A DNA stretch of 64,000 nt from an uncultured virus (IMG/VR IMGVR_UViG_3300044641_006743) (Duplodnaviria; Heunggongvirae; Uroviricota; Caudoviricetes), in IMG/VR virus record IMGVR_UViG_3300044641_006743; one strand, 5' to 3'. Position 1 is the stretch's first letter, and every line of letters begins with the position of its first letter. Made by a program: the position numbers and the translations under genes. Below are positions 1-8,844 of this stretch, piece after piece. The notes below the pieces were generated by a model. The model did not search any database and had not been told where the DNA came from. It was given only the letters and a program-made list of their open reading frames with translations.

Positions 1-735
1 ACAAACGGCAGTGGCCGCACCTACGTCACTTGGGCCTGGGACGCCGGCAGCTCCACCGTCACGAATACACAAGGCTCCATCTCTAGTCAGGTGAGGGCTA
101 ATGCAAGTGCGGGGTTCTCGATTGTTAGTTACACCGGTAACGGCGCGGCGGCCAATATAGGTCACGGTTTGGGCGTAGAACCGCATCTTATAATTCATAA
201 ATTCCGTAGCGCCTCATCTAACTGGTCGGTTTATACCAAAGCAACTGGAGCAGGTGGTCGCCTTCTGTTGAATAGCACTGCGGCATTTTCATCGGATGGC
301 GCGTTCCCAACTGCGCCCACATCTTCAGTCTTTTACGTTAATTCGGGTCTTAATGACAATGGAGTAACCATAGTTGCCTACTGCTTCGCCCCAGTAGCCG
401 GGTACTCTAGCTTTGGGAGTTATGTGGGAACAGGAGCGGTATCTACAGGCCCATTCTGTTATACGGGCTTCCGTCCCCGGCTCATCATTTTGAAAGCAGC
501 AGTTGGAGGTACAAGCGGATGGATCATGGTGGATACCGCTCGCAATACCTACAACGCTGTTGATTACTTCCTGCAGGCCAATTCAAGCGGCGCTGAATCC
601 ACGCAAGTAATCCTTGATTCGCTCTCAAACGGCTTTGTGATTCGCCCTGTTGGAGACGCAATGAATAACTCTGGTGTCACTTTTGTGTGGGCGGCATTTG
701 CCGAATCGCCCTTCCAATACGCCCGCGCACGCTAG
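1..735 (+). CDS. Tail fibre-like protein, C-terminal part (5' end outside window)
   Basis: Gly/Ser/Thr-rich repeats such as GFSIVSYTGNG, HGLG, GYSSFGSYxG, GFRPR and AFAESPF, typical of cyanophage tail fibres; frame is open from the window start. Confidence 0.75.
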   Translation, partial: TNGSGRTYVTWAWDAGSSTVTNTQGSISSQVRANASAGFSIVSYTGNGAAANIGHGLGVEPHLIIHKFRSASSNWSVYTKATGAGGRLLLNSTAAFSSDGAFPTAPTSSVFYVNSGLNDNGVTIVAYCFAPVAGYSSFGSYVGTGAVSTGPFCYTGFRPRLIILKAAVGGTSGWIMVDTARNTYNAVDYFLQANSSGAESTQVILDSLSNGFVIRPVGDAMNNSGVTFVWAAFAESPFQYARAR

Positions 736-748
736 TAGTGAACAAGTC

Positions 749-964
749 CTATGTGTCCATAAACTGATCGGCTCTTTCAACAAAATTCCAAAGGGCGTCT
801 TCGTATTGAGGGCGCTCTTCTTTCTGTTTGTTTTCTTGATGAGACGAAACAGAGTTTAAGATTGCTCTTGCGAAATCAAGGACTCCTTGATCCGTAAAGT
901 GTACAGTATTAGTAAAGCAATTGGCATATTCATACATCAAAGAACGAATTTCTTCATCGGTCAT
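749..964 (-). CDS. Hypothetical protein
   Basis: 71-aa ATG ORF directly downstream of the recombinase. Confidence 0.55.
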   Translation of the reverse strand: MTDEEIRSLMYEYANCFTNTVHFTDQGVLDFARAILNSVSSHQENKQKEERPQYEDALWNFVERADQFMDT

Positions 965-985
965 TGAAAGGCCTCTAGGGAGCCC

Positions 986-1837
986 TCATAATACAGGCAT
1001 TTCGTACTCCTGGGTCACATTGCAGTAATGTTTCCAAATGACCTCCGAACTGTTGCCCGCCCATGCTGCAACTTGAGCAACGGGGATCTGAGCCTCAATC
1101 CACCTGGAAATCGCCGTGTGCCGAAGATCGTAAGGCCTATAACGATGTTCCGTTAGTCCAGCAGTATGAAGTTCTTTCATGCGATCATAAAAATAACTTT
1201 GATAAGCGTAGCGGTTATAAGGAAAAATATATTCTTCTTTCTGAGGAAGGGTTTTTAAAAGCTCAAGGCACTTGTTATTGAGGGGCACCCAGCGCTTTCT
1301 GTTCGTTTTTGTTGAGTTTTTATGACCGTGCGTTAAGGTGTAATTGGAATGTACCAGGATTTTATTTTCTTTGATGTCTTCCCATTTCAAAGCACGTACT
1401 TCTCCTGTTCGCATTGCTGTTTGAAGCATAAATTCTGAATAGGACGCCCAATTGCAAGTGGGCCTTCTGCCTCTTCCTTCTAGCGCAATCAAGACTATCG
1501 GCACTTCATTCCTTGGAATAACAATAATTTCTTCATCTTCTTGAGGCGGCTTAGGCATTCGAAAAGAACTAATTGGATTTCTATCAATAAGTGAGATATC
1601 TTCATTAACACACCACCTATAAAGACTCTTCACGTACATTGCAACTCTCCTGCTTGTTTTAACAGGAGTTCTTTGTAAAACCCATGTCATTACCTGTCTT
1701 CCTTGTGTTAAATCAGTAATTGGGCATTCTTTTACCCACCTATCCACCACTGTATAATCAGAAGTAAGGCTGGTTGGACACAAGGTTATGGACCGTTCTT
1801 GCTTGAACTGAAGCCATGCCTCCTGGAGCGTTGTCAT
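986..1837 (-). CDS. Tyrosine recombinase/integrase family protein
   Basis: Catalytic motifs MRTGE (Arg), TKT (Lys), YDLRHT (HxxR variant), GNS (GH variant) and HY (Tyr). Confidence 0.88.
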   Translation of the reverse strand: MTTLQEAWLQFKQERSITLCPTSLTSDYTVVDRWVKECPITDLTQGRQVMTWVLQRTPVKTSRRVAMYVKSLYRWCVNEDISLIDRNPISSFRMPKPPQEDEEIIVIPRNEVPIVLIALEGRGRRPTCNWASYSEFMLQTAMRTGEVRALKWEDIKENKILVHSNYTLTHGHKNSTKTNRKRWVPLNNKCLELLKTLPQKEEYIFPYNRYAYQSYFYDRMKELHTAGLTEHRYRPYDLRHTAISRWIEAQIPVAQVAAWAGNSSEVIWKHYCNVTQEYEMPVL

Positions 1838-1934
1838 GCGTTGAGTTGAAAGAGGAAAACCCTACACCAATCCAGGCGTGAAGTCAACGCCAAACTAGGT
1901 TAAAATAAATATATTGGATAAGTAGACAAACAAA

Positions 1935-2474
1935 ATGTTTCTTTTAGACGGCAAACCCCTGGCTCCAGACGTACCCTTTGTTACGCCAGATGGCACGCGT
2001 TATCCAGCCAATTGGCTTCGTTTATCTACTCTGGAAGAGAAAGAAGCCATTGGAATTACAGAAGTTCCAGATCCCCCGACTTGGGACCAAAGGTTTTATT
2101 GGGGATATGATCAAGATGGCAATCTGATTCCCAAGGATCACACACAACTTGTGGAGCAGTGGAGCCAACAGACTCGTCAGACAGCTAACACCTTATTATT
2201 TCCAAGCGATTGGATGATTGTACGGGAAACAGATAACGGTGTACCAGCGGATCCGGCATGGCGCACATGGCGTGAAACGGTACGTTTAGCTGCTGGTAGC
2301 AAAGTCTTTGAAATCGAAGCAACCACCACAACCGATGAGCTAGCTGCTTATATCACTGGACCTGACTATCCGGTATGGCCACCCGATCCAAGCCAACCAC
2401 AACCAACTCCGCCCGATCCATCAACAGATGAGGCGCCTGTAGATCCAGGAATTGAAGTAACCCCTGCCGAGTAA
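1935..2474 (+). CDS. Phage tail assembly chaperone-like protein
   Basis: YPANWLRL and DQRFYW motifs, LxxSDWMIVR...WRETVR, Pro-rich tail; lies beside the tail fibre gene. Confidence 0.7.
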   Translation: MFLLDGKPLAPDVPFVTPDGTRYPANWLRLSTLEEKEAIGITEVPDPPTWDQRFYWGYDQDGNLIPKDHTQLVEQWSQQTRQTANTLLFPSDWMIVRETDNGVPADPAWRTWRETVRLAAGSKVFEIEATTTTDELAAYITGPDYPVWPPDPSQPQPTPPDPSTDEAPVDPGIEVTPAE

Positions 2475-2476
2475 AA

Positions 2477-3487
2477 ATGTCCATACAACTCATTGATGCG
2501 GTTAAGTACTACAAAGAGCTTCCGCATCAGCGAGAAGCCTGGAATTGGTTGCAAGAACAGTTAACACCTGAACAACTTTCTGAGTTTGCAACCAAGTACC
2601 GCACTGAACCAAAACCGGTATCCAAAACAGAGAACACTTGGGATGGTGTTTATAAAGTTGCCAAAGAAGCTGGCGCAGTCTTTCCTGAAGTTGTTTCAGC
2701 TCAGTGGGCGCTGGAATCTGGCTGGGGCAAACATTTCTCTGGTACCTGGAACGCATTTGGATTAAAGGGATCTGGAACCAGTGTTAATACCCAAGAGTTT
2801 ATTAACGGTAAGTGGATCACAATCAAAGCAGGTTTTATTGATTTCCCTGATCTAGAAAGTTGTATTCACTATTTAGTGGACCGTTGGTACAAGGACTTTG
2901 GTCGATTTAAAGGTGTCAATAGAGCAAAGACACGGAATGAATGTTGCCAGCTATTGGTAAAAGAAGGGTACGCAACTGATCCTGAATACAGCACCAAACT
3001 CATACAGATCCTCGACAGGCAGCTTGGAACAGCAGGGAACGTACCCAAAGAGGAAACATCAAAGCCGAGGTTCAACCCCTGGAGCCCGTTCACATTTAAA
3101 GTAACGCCTAACATTACGTACGGCGAACTGACTCTCAACCAAGAAGCACGGCGTTTTACTAAGCAGTATCAATGTGATACAGCATTAGAAATTTGCCAAT
3201 TCCTTGAAAAAGTGCGTAGCGCATTTGGAAATAAACCTTTAATTATCACCAGCGCTGCACGACCAGAACCTATCAATACTCAAGTTGGCGGCGCTAAAAA
3301 TAGTGAGCACACTTACAACGCACCATCTAAAGGAGCAGTTGATTTTTATATTGAAGGTGCCAATATTTATGTTGTACAAGATTGGTGTAATAAGCATTGG
3401 CCGTATTCATTGGGCTATGGTGCATTAAAAGGTTTCGTTCATATTGGAATTAGAGAGGGACGCCAAAGGATCCGTTGGGATTATTGA
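2477..3487 (+). CDS. Endolysin: GH73 glucosaminidase plus C-terminal peptidase M15-like domain
   Basis: AQWALESGWG, NAFGLKG and GYATDPEY (GH73); R...N..VGGAKNSEH...AVD...GFVHIG (M15). Confidence 0.85.
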   Translation: MSIQLIDAVKYYKELPHQREAWNWLQEQLTPEQLSEFATKYRTEPKPVSKTENTWDGVYKVAKEAGAVFPEVVSAQWALESGWGKHFSGTWNAFGLKGSGTSVNTQEFINGKWITIKAGFIDFPDLESCIHYLVDRWYKDFGRFKGVNRAKTRNECCQLLVKEGYATDPEYSTKLIQILDRQLGTAGNVPKEETSKPRFNPWSPFTFKVTPNITYGELTLNQEARRFTKQYQCDTALEICQFLEKVRSAFGNKPLIITSAARPEPINTQVGGAKNSEHTYNAPSKGAVDFYIEGANIYVVQDWCNKHWPYSLGYGALKGFVHIGIREGRQRIRWDY

Positions 3488-3650
3488 AGTGAAAAAGTAT
3501 AGAGAACCACTCATCCGAGTGAATGTTTGCTGGCAAGTTGGAGACGAAAAAAAGTGCATAACCCTACCAAAAGAGCAGGCTTACGCAACTAGGGATTGGG
3601 TTGAAAGAGAGGGAGGAGTCTGTTTTTGGTTTCAGGCTTTGCCTGATTAA

Positions 3651-3815
3651 TCAACGTTGCTTGGCGCGACCAATAACAAGGGCAGCAATCTCAATTAACT
3701 TGTAGAGCTTACCAACGAGTTTATCGTCGGAAGGAGTGGAGGTTAAAGCGCAAATGGCAGAAGCTGCTGCATGAATAGCTAAGGCAACTTCCAAATACTG
3801 ATTAAGGTGTTCCAT
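3651..3815 (-). CDS. Small membrane protein, holin-like (54 aa, not in ORF track)
   Basis: Hand translation MEHLNQYLEVALAIHAAASAICALTSTPSDDKLVGKLYKLIEIAALVIGRAKQR; hydrophobic helix followed by TPxDD; next to the endolysin. Confidence 0.55.
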   Translation of the reverse strand: MEHLNQYLEVALAIHAAASAICALTSTPSDDKLVGKLYKLIEIAALVIGRAKQR

Positions 3816-3866
3816 GGCTGATCGATAGATCTATTTACATTCTAAAGGCTTGTGCAAAGACTTTAT

Positions 3867-4004
3867 TTAGTCTTCATAAATGCGACAGCTTCTTTCCCAG
3901 GGATTGTTATCGCAGTAGGTTTTGAAAGCTTTGGCAGGACTTGGTGTACCAAGATGAAAACGTTTGGATAGTCGACAAACAATCCAGTTGTAAATGTTAA
4001 TCAT
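3867..4004 (-). CDS. CP12 C-terminal-domain-like peptide (45 aa, not in ORF track)
   Basis: Hand translation ends FKTYCDNNPWERSCRIYED, matching the CP12 C-terminal C-x8-C-RxYED pattern; ATG overlaps the upstream stop. Confidence 0.6.
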   Translation of the reverse strand: MINIYNWIVCRLSKRFHLGTPSPAKAFKTYCDNNPWERSCRIYED

Positions 4005-4741
4005 GGTACTGTTGCAAAAGGCACAAGAAAAGCAGGGAATCTATCGTCAGCTTGGTGCTCACGTTGCCATGCTGTTTCCCATTCAGCTAGAGAATGATCG
4101 TGCGCATCCTGACCATCATAGGTTTCTGAGTGGTCATTAAGAATAAAATCATCATTCTCTAACAGAATGTAGGCAAAGTCTTCTAAAAGTAAATCGAAGT
4201 CGCCAGAGGGAAATTCAATGACAACAGCAACTTCATAGTCAAGGGGTTCGTTGCGTGTTGTGGATACACATAACAGGTATGTACCTGGCGCCAGTGGGTA
4301 ATAGCGTTCGTCTCCTTTGTCTAATCGATTGGGATTAAAAGTGTTATACAGATCTGACTGTGCGTCCATAACGTGACCAACGTATGGATTGTACACTTTG
4401 CCATCTATTGTTGTTGTAATGCTGTCATCTTGAAAAATCCCGCGCCCTTGAATAGGATTCAGATTCAAGTCATATACGGAGGTGTTGATGTACCTGGGTT
4501 TCGGACCTCCTTTGACAACAATGATCCAGGCTTTTGATGTAATTGTGAAACTAAACCAGTGGTTATACGACCCACCACCGTATCCACCGTTGGAATTTAA
4601 TGACGTATCACGACGACCAACCACCTGGTTCCTAGGACCCAAACTTCCTTTTAAATCACGAATGGATAACTGACTAAACTGACCCATGTTCAATGGGTTG
4701 TCTTGGGTTCGTTGCCTCTGAATATCTTGATTACGGGCCAT
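4001..4741 (-). CDS. Hypothetical protein, possibly virion-associated beta-sandwich
   Basis: 246-aa ORF with LAPGTYLLCVS, a PPC-like motif. Confidence 0.5.
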   Translation of the reverse strand: MARNQDIQRQRTQDNPLNMGQFSQLSIRDLKGSLGPRNQVVGRRDTSLNSNGGYGGGSYNHWFSFTITSKAWIIVVKGGPKPRYINTSVYDLNLNPIQGRGIFQDDSITTTIDGKVYNPYVGHVMDAQSDLYNTFNPNRLDKGDERYYPLAPGTYLLCVSTTRNEPLDYEVAVVIEFPSGDFDLLLEDFAYILLENDDFILNDHSETYDGQDAHDHSLAEWETAWQREHQADDRFPAFLVPFATVP

Positions 4742-4769
4742 TTATTGCAGTTGGACCAATCAATACATT

Positions 4770-5432
4770 CTACTCGTTCGGTATTTCTATATTTTCTGGA
4801 AAGGTAATGGTATTGCGAAAAGCTTTATTGAATATCAATGGCTGATCTTTGTGTTTACCGTAAGCCATCAATTTCTCTGCTTTGAACTCAACTTCAAAAG
4901 GATGCATTTCTTCTGGATAAAACAATTTATTCCAACTTGAAATTAAATGCAATGGATTGCCACATCTTGGGTTTCCGCATAGGTGTGTGACGACCATGTT
5001 CCCGATGTCTCCCCAAGCACAATTGTAAATAGCTTTATGAAAGCTTAAGTTTTCAGCTTTTTGGTGGCTATAGGCTGACCGGTAAGACGGCATACAAATA
5101 CGCTTGGGTGTATACGGGCCAGGGGACTCGATTGTCCAGCACTCATCCGCAGATCCCCTGGTGACCTTTTGCCATAACTTTTGGTATCTGGCTTTGTACT
5201 CAACATTGAGGTAGTTGATGTCGAATCCACAAAGGTTTGACTGGATCTTGTGGACGCAGTGGTAGCACCAGTGGCGTTCCTTATCCCGTATGTAGTGGTT
5301 ATGTGGGCAGACAAAACCTCGGTAGTAGCCCTTGGCATCAAGCTCTTCATCGGAGAGATCATCAATACCAGCAATAAAACGAAAGTCTGTTGCTTTGGCT
5401 GCCCTGCGTTCGGAGCGGTGGAGGTTTGCCAT
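4770..5432 (-). CDS. HNH (His-Cys type) endonuclease-like protein with N-terminal Zn-binding motif
   Basis: CPHNH..WCYHC; DECW; VTHLCGNPRCGNPLHL. Confidence 0.7.
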   Translation of the reverse strand: MANLHRSERRAAKATDFRFIAGIDDLSDEELDAKGYYRGFVCPHNHYIRDKERHWCYHCVHKIQSNLCGFDINYLNVEYKARYQKLWQKVTRGSADECWTIESPGPYTPKRICMPSYRSAYSHQKAENLSFHKAIYNCAWGDIGNMVVTHLCGNPRCGNPLHLISSWNKLFYPEEMHPFEVEFKAEKLMAYGKHKDQPLIFNKAFRNTITFPENIEIPNE

Positions 5433-5441
5433 CTTGATTAT

Positions 5442-5807
5442 TTAACAAGAGTAGGAAGGAAGTTTTTTCTCCATCGGCCGTTTACGCGGGGATTTATTGA
5501 CACGCTTCGTTGGTATCAGGTTTTTTCTATTGTCTTTATCAGCATTACTTGGATCGTGGATAATATCTAAATGAAGTGGATCTTCTTGAGTTCGCAGGAA
5601 ATAAACGAGCCGGTGCGCCAGGTAAACCGTGTTGTCAATGCAGACCATATAGAAGCCTGTCACTTTGTTCATACGTCCAGCCTGAGTCCCAGCCTTGTTG
5701 CACGCCTTGTCGACTACCCACTCCAAACCACTGGGGTACCGATCCGAGAGTTTGATCAGCTCTTGAACGCGCCAGAGGGGCGGCATCTCTTTCCGATTGC
5801 TTGGCAT
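5442..5807 (-). CDS. HNH endonuclease-like protein (short, possibly degenerate)
   Basis: PSGLEW..AG..GFY..YLAHRLVY..IIH..DNRKNL. Confidence 0.65.
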   Translation of the reverse strand: MPSNRKEMPPLWRVQELIKLSDRYPSGLEWVVDKACNKAGTQAGRMNKVTGFYMVCIDNTVYLAHRLVYFLRTQEDPLHLDIIHDPSNADKDNRKNLIPTKRVNKSPRKRPMEKKLPSYSC

Positions 5808-5860
5808 TGAGAGTCAAAGCGTCATTCCGAGATTTTAAGCACGTTTTGACCTTGGTGTCC

Positions 5861-6075
5861 AGTGCCGCATAAAACTAAGAATGAATTAGGAGAATTCTAT
5901 ATATAAGTTAAATGACGCAGCTTGACCAAAGTGTACGTACTTTATTTCTCTTTACCTTCTCCGGATCTGTCAAAACTTACAGTACTTACCTAAAGTGTCA
6001 TTTGTCCATAGGGGGGATACACGCGACCCTCATTCTTAGTTCTTGCGCACCGCACTTTAGTCTCAACTTGAGACT
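5861..6075. repeat. Intergenic inverted repeats and palindrome
   Basis: AACTAAGAATGA (5873-5884) and its reverse complement TCATTCTTAGTT (6030-6041), with imperfect outward extension; palindrome AGTCTCAA-C-TTGAGACT at 6059-6075. Confidence 0.7.
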
Positions 6076-6083
6076 TTTTCCAT

Positions 6084-6109
6084 AAAAAAAGGGGCCGCCG
6101 AAGCGACCC
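6084..6109 (-). terminator. Rho-independent terminator
   Basis: Minus strand GGGTCGC-TTCG-GCGGCCC followed by a T-run, after the cupin gene. Confidence 0.8.
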
Positions 6110-6135
6110 ACCTGCATCTACCCCATCAACCAGGG

Positions 6136-6477
6136 TCATTTTCGCCCGTAGTCGTCACTCTTGCGCGTGATGTCCTCTTCGTACAAAAGGGATCCCCTCT
6201 GGACCTCAATCAATTTGAGTGTGGACTCTCCGGCCTCCAGACGATGCCACTCACCTTTGGGGATATAGGCTGTGACACCGGGGGTAGCGGGGAAGCTCTC
6301 GTCACCGACAGTGATGGTTCCAGAACCCCCCACGACAACCCAGTGCTCCTCTCGGTGCTCATGCTTCTGGAGACTGAGCCGTTGGTTAGGCTCCACCACC
6401 AGCAGCTTTACCTGGTACTGAGCACCCGTAAGGATGGTCTCAAACCAGCCCCACGGCCTTGTCTCCGAGTAAGTCAT
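6136..6477 (-). CDS. Mannose-6-phosphate isomerase type II C-terminal (cupin) protein
   Basis: RPWG, LSLQKHEHREEHWVVV, HRL and EVQRG..EEDITR..DDYGR motifs. Confidence 0.9.
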   Translation of the reverse strand: MTYSETRPWGWFETILTGAQYQVKLLVVEPNQRLSLQKHEHREEHWVVVGGSGTITVGDESFPATPGVTAYIPKGEWHRLEAGESTLKLIEVQRGSLLYEEDITRKSDDYGRK

Positions 6478-7745
6478 GCCGTAACCTCTGCCAGTTCTTT
6501 GTCGGCAGCCTTGGCACTTTTCTTCTTACGCTTGCTTGTCTTAATTTGAGGCTCATCCGCCTTCGTCAAGACCTCCTGGAACACATCGTTGAAGTCAGAT
6601 GCGACCGTATCCCAGTTGAAGCAAGGATCCGTGGCGCGTTCGTAGCACTTCTGCGCCACTTCATCGAGCTTGTCGCGGTTTTCGTAAAGGTCTGTAAGGA
6701 TGCTTGCCAAATGGTTGTCATCCGGGCAGGGCATGATGCGACCGAAGTTGGTGTCCACGTCTGCATGCAGGTTACGAATCAGAGGACCGCAGCCCTCAAA
6801 GATTTCTTTACAGGATGTGTGATCGGGTACCACCTGAGCCACACGGCAGGCAGCGTGTTCAAAGTTGACCAGACCCCAGCCTTCCCCTTTACACGTATTA
6901 ACACCTACGTCGGCAACGTTATAAATGGTGTTAAGTAACTCCACATCGACCGAGGGGCCATGAGGAGTAGGCGTCGTCATGATGATGCGATTGTTGGGAT
7001 CCAGCCCTTGACGCGTCATCTCCCGGTGGAAGAGGGGCATGATGTCCCATCCCTGGTCCTTTTGCCCCATATGCAGGTAGAGCTTGGCGTCAGGTTTATC
7101 GACTGCAAATTTGGCAAATGCAGAAATCGTTAGGTCAATCCGTTTACGGAACTGATTCCTATTCCCATTAAACACAATGAAATCATCTGGATCCAGGTTA
7201 AGTTGTTTACGGCACTCAACCTTATCCTTTGGATAGAACTGACCAGCTGTCACACCATGTGGAATCACCCAGATTGGTTTTTCAACCCCAGCCTTGAGCG
7301 TTTCTTCTGCACCAAATTTGGTGTAGCAGACAGCTGCGTCCCATTCATGCATGGTTTCAGTTAGGCAGCCGTACCACCCATAGGAGTCCATGGGGTAGTA
7401 GCCCACAAATTTAAATCCAATTTCCGCCTTAAGGTCTTTGATTTGATTCCACTGGTTGTTGATAATCCAACAATCGTTGATTGTGAAGATCACATCGGGC
7501 CGAATACGTTCAGTTACCTCGCGAATCCGAGATTCACCAAAGGGCTGGTTTTGGTACATATTGGCGGCAGGGTACATGAAGTACTCCTTTTGCAGAGGCG
7601 TGTAATCCCCGTGCCAATTGCAACCCAGCACATGAATTTCATACCGATCTTTTAGTCGGCTCAGTACATTTTCGGTAACACGCGCAAAGCCAGTGGTTGC
7701 AACAATGTCACCCACCCACAGTAATTTGGGTTTATTTTCAGCCAT
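6474..7745 (-). CDS. Glycosyltransferase family 4 (GT-B)
   Basis: TGFARV, IPHGV, NRNQFRKRID, EGWGLVNFEHAA. Confidence 0.88.
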   Translation of the reverse strand: MAENKPKLLWVGDIVATTGFARVTENVLSRLKDRYEIHVLGCNWHGDYTPLQKEYFMYPAANMYQNQPFGESRIREVTERIRPDVIFTINDCWIINNQWNQIKDLKAEIGFKFVGYYPMDSYGWYGCLTETMHEWDAAVCYTKFGAEETLKAGVEKPIWVIPHGVTAGQFYPKDKVECRKQLNLDPDDFIVFNGNRNQFRKRIDLTISAFAKFAVDKPDAKLYLHMGQKDQGWDIMPLFHREMTRQGLDPNNRIIMTTPTPHGPSVDVELLNTIYNVADVGVNTCKGEGWGLVNFEHAACRVAQVVPDHTSCKEIFEGCGPLIRNLHADVDTNFGRIMPCPDDNHLASILTDLYENRDKLDEVAQKCYERATDPCFNWDTVASDFNDVFQEVLTKADEPQIKTSKRKKKSAKAADKELAEVTA

Positions 7746-7778
7746 TTAATTAGTTATTGACTGAAAATAGTATACGAA

Positions 7779-7924
7779 TTATTGAGGAGTTATAGAACGA
7801 ACAAGCTCTTTTTCCTCAGATTGTTTTGCTTTTAACTTCATCTTGAGAAATTCTGCTGCCTTGTGGGTGTTGGTCGTATCTCCACAGGTGTAGAGATCAA
7901 TAGCTGCGTAGCCCAACTCAGGCC
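7779..7924 (-). pseudogene. speD: Orphaned original 3' end of speD (47 codons plus stop, no start codon)
   Basis: Translates PELGYAAIDLYTCGDTTNTHKAAEFLKMKLKAKQSEEKELVRSITPQ*, 30/47 identical to the C-terminus of speD at 8491-8844. Confidence 0.9.
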
Positions 7925-8635
7925 CTTATGTAGTAAACTAGCCCTTAAAGCAATCCCTGAAATGGCAAAACCAAAACTTAATTGTGTCTCTTTAGATGCC
8001 TTAAGAGCGCGCTCGGGACAAATGTCGGAGCACCCATTGTATGACACATGGAGGGGAATGTTGGAACGTTGTCACAAAACAACGGCACGTAGTTACTTGC
8101 GCTATGGAGCAAAAGGCATAACAGTTTACGAGCCTTGGCGCGATAAAACAAGACACCCTAAATACAAAAGATGGAGCAAAGGTTTTTGTTTGTTCCTTGA
8201 GTATATAGAAGGATTTCTTGGAGGACGCCCAGAAGGATGCTCTTTGGATAGGATCAATTCAAACCTTGGATATGAACCTCAGAACTTAAGATGGGCAAAC
8301 GCATCGCTACAAAAGAAAAATCAAAAAGTTAGCAACAAAACTGGTTACAAATACGTTTATTCAATTTCAGGTTCTGTTAAATGGCAAGCCGAATACAAGT
8401 TTCAAGAGAAACGTGTTTATGTAGGCTCTTTTGAAACAAAAGAAGAAGCCTATTTTGAGGCGCTTGCCCACAGACTAGAAACCATGTGGCCTAAGAATCT
8501 CTAAAAACTTTTCTTTGGATTTCTTTTTGTTCGTGGATTTTTGCTCTTAGTTTGCTTTTTAAAAAGTCAGCCGCTTTGTGTGTTTGAGTTTTATCCCCAC
8601 AAGTGTATAGGTCAATAGCTGCATAGCCTTCACAG
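7925..8635. mobile_element. Homing-endonuclease insertion carrying a replacement speD 3' end
   Basis: Flanked by the speD 5' part (…HTW) on one side and the orphan speD 3' end on the other; GGCC is present at both junctions. Confidence 0.75.
7962..8504 (+). CDS. HNH-AP2 homing endonuclease
   Basis: PLYDTWRGMLERC, YGAKGITV, SLDRINSNLGYEPQNLRWA and an AP2-like tail (TGYKYV..KWQA..YVGSFETKEEA); ATG 7962 preferred over GTG 7863. Confidence 0.85.
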   Translation: MAKPKLNCVSLDALRARSGQMSEHPLYDTWRGMLERCHKTTARSYLRYGAKGITVYEPWRDKTRHPKYKRWSKGFCLFLEYIEGFLGGRPEGCSLDRINSNLGYEPQNLRWANASLQKKNQKVSNKTGYKYVYSISGSVKWQAEYKFQEKRVYVGSFETKEEAYFEALAHRLETMWPKNL

Positions 8636-8844
8636 GGCCATGTATGAATAGATGCGTGTGATTCTGCCAGCAAAGCCAGAAGTGTTACCCCTTGCGGCTG
8701 AAACTTCTCGCCAAAAACTCGCAGGATGTTAGCACCCGCCATATTGAGCGCTACTTGCAGTAGCCGCTCAAGTTCATCGTAATCGTCGAGGAGTTCTTGA
8801 TCACACTCATAGAGATCAAGAATCAGGTGCCGCCCGTTGCTCAC
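8491..8844 (-). CDS. speD: S-adenosylmethionine decarboxylase proenzyme
   Basis: GRHLILDLY, FQPQGVT, LAESHASIHTWP and DLYTCG motifs. Confidence 0.93.
   Translation of the reverse strand: MSNGRHLILDLYECDQELLDDYDELERLLQVALNMAGANILRVFGEKFQPQGVTLLALLAESHASIHTWPCEGYAAIDLYTCGDKTQTHKAADFLKSKLRAKIHEQKEIQRKVFRDS

Noticed and set aside
7863..7961. N-terminal extension of the HNH-AP2 ORF from GTG 7863
   Set aside because: It is largely the antisense of the orphan speD fragment; ATG 7962 is the likelier start
7779..8844. Group I intron in speD
   Set aside because: speD is already complete without splicing, no intron core is visible, and the 3' end is duplicated rather than split
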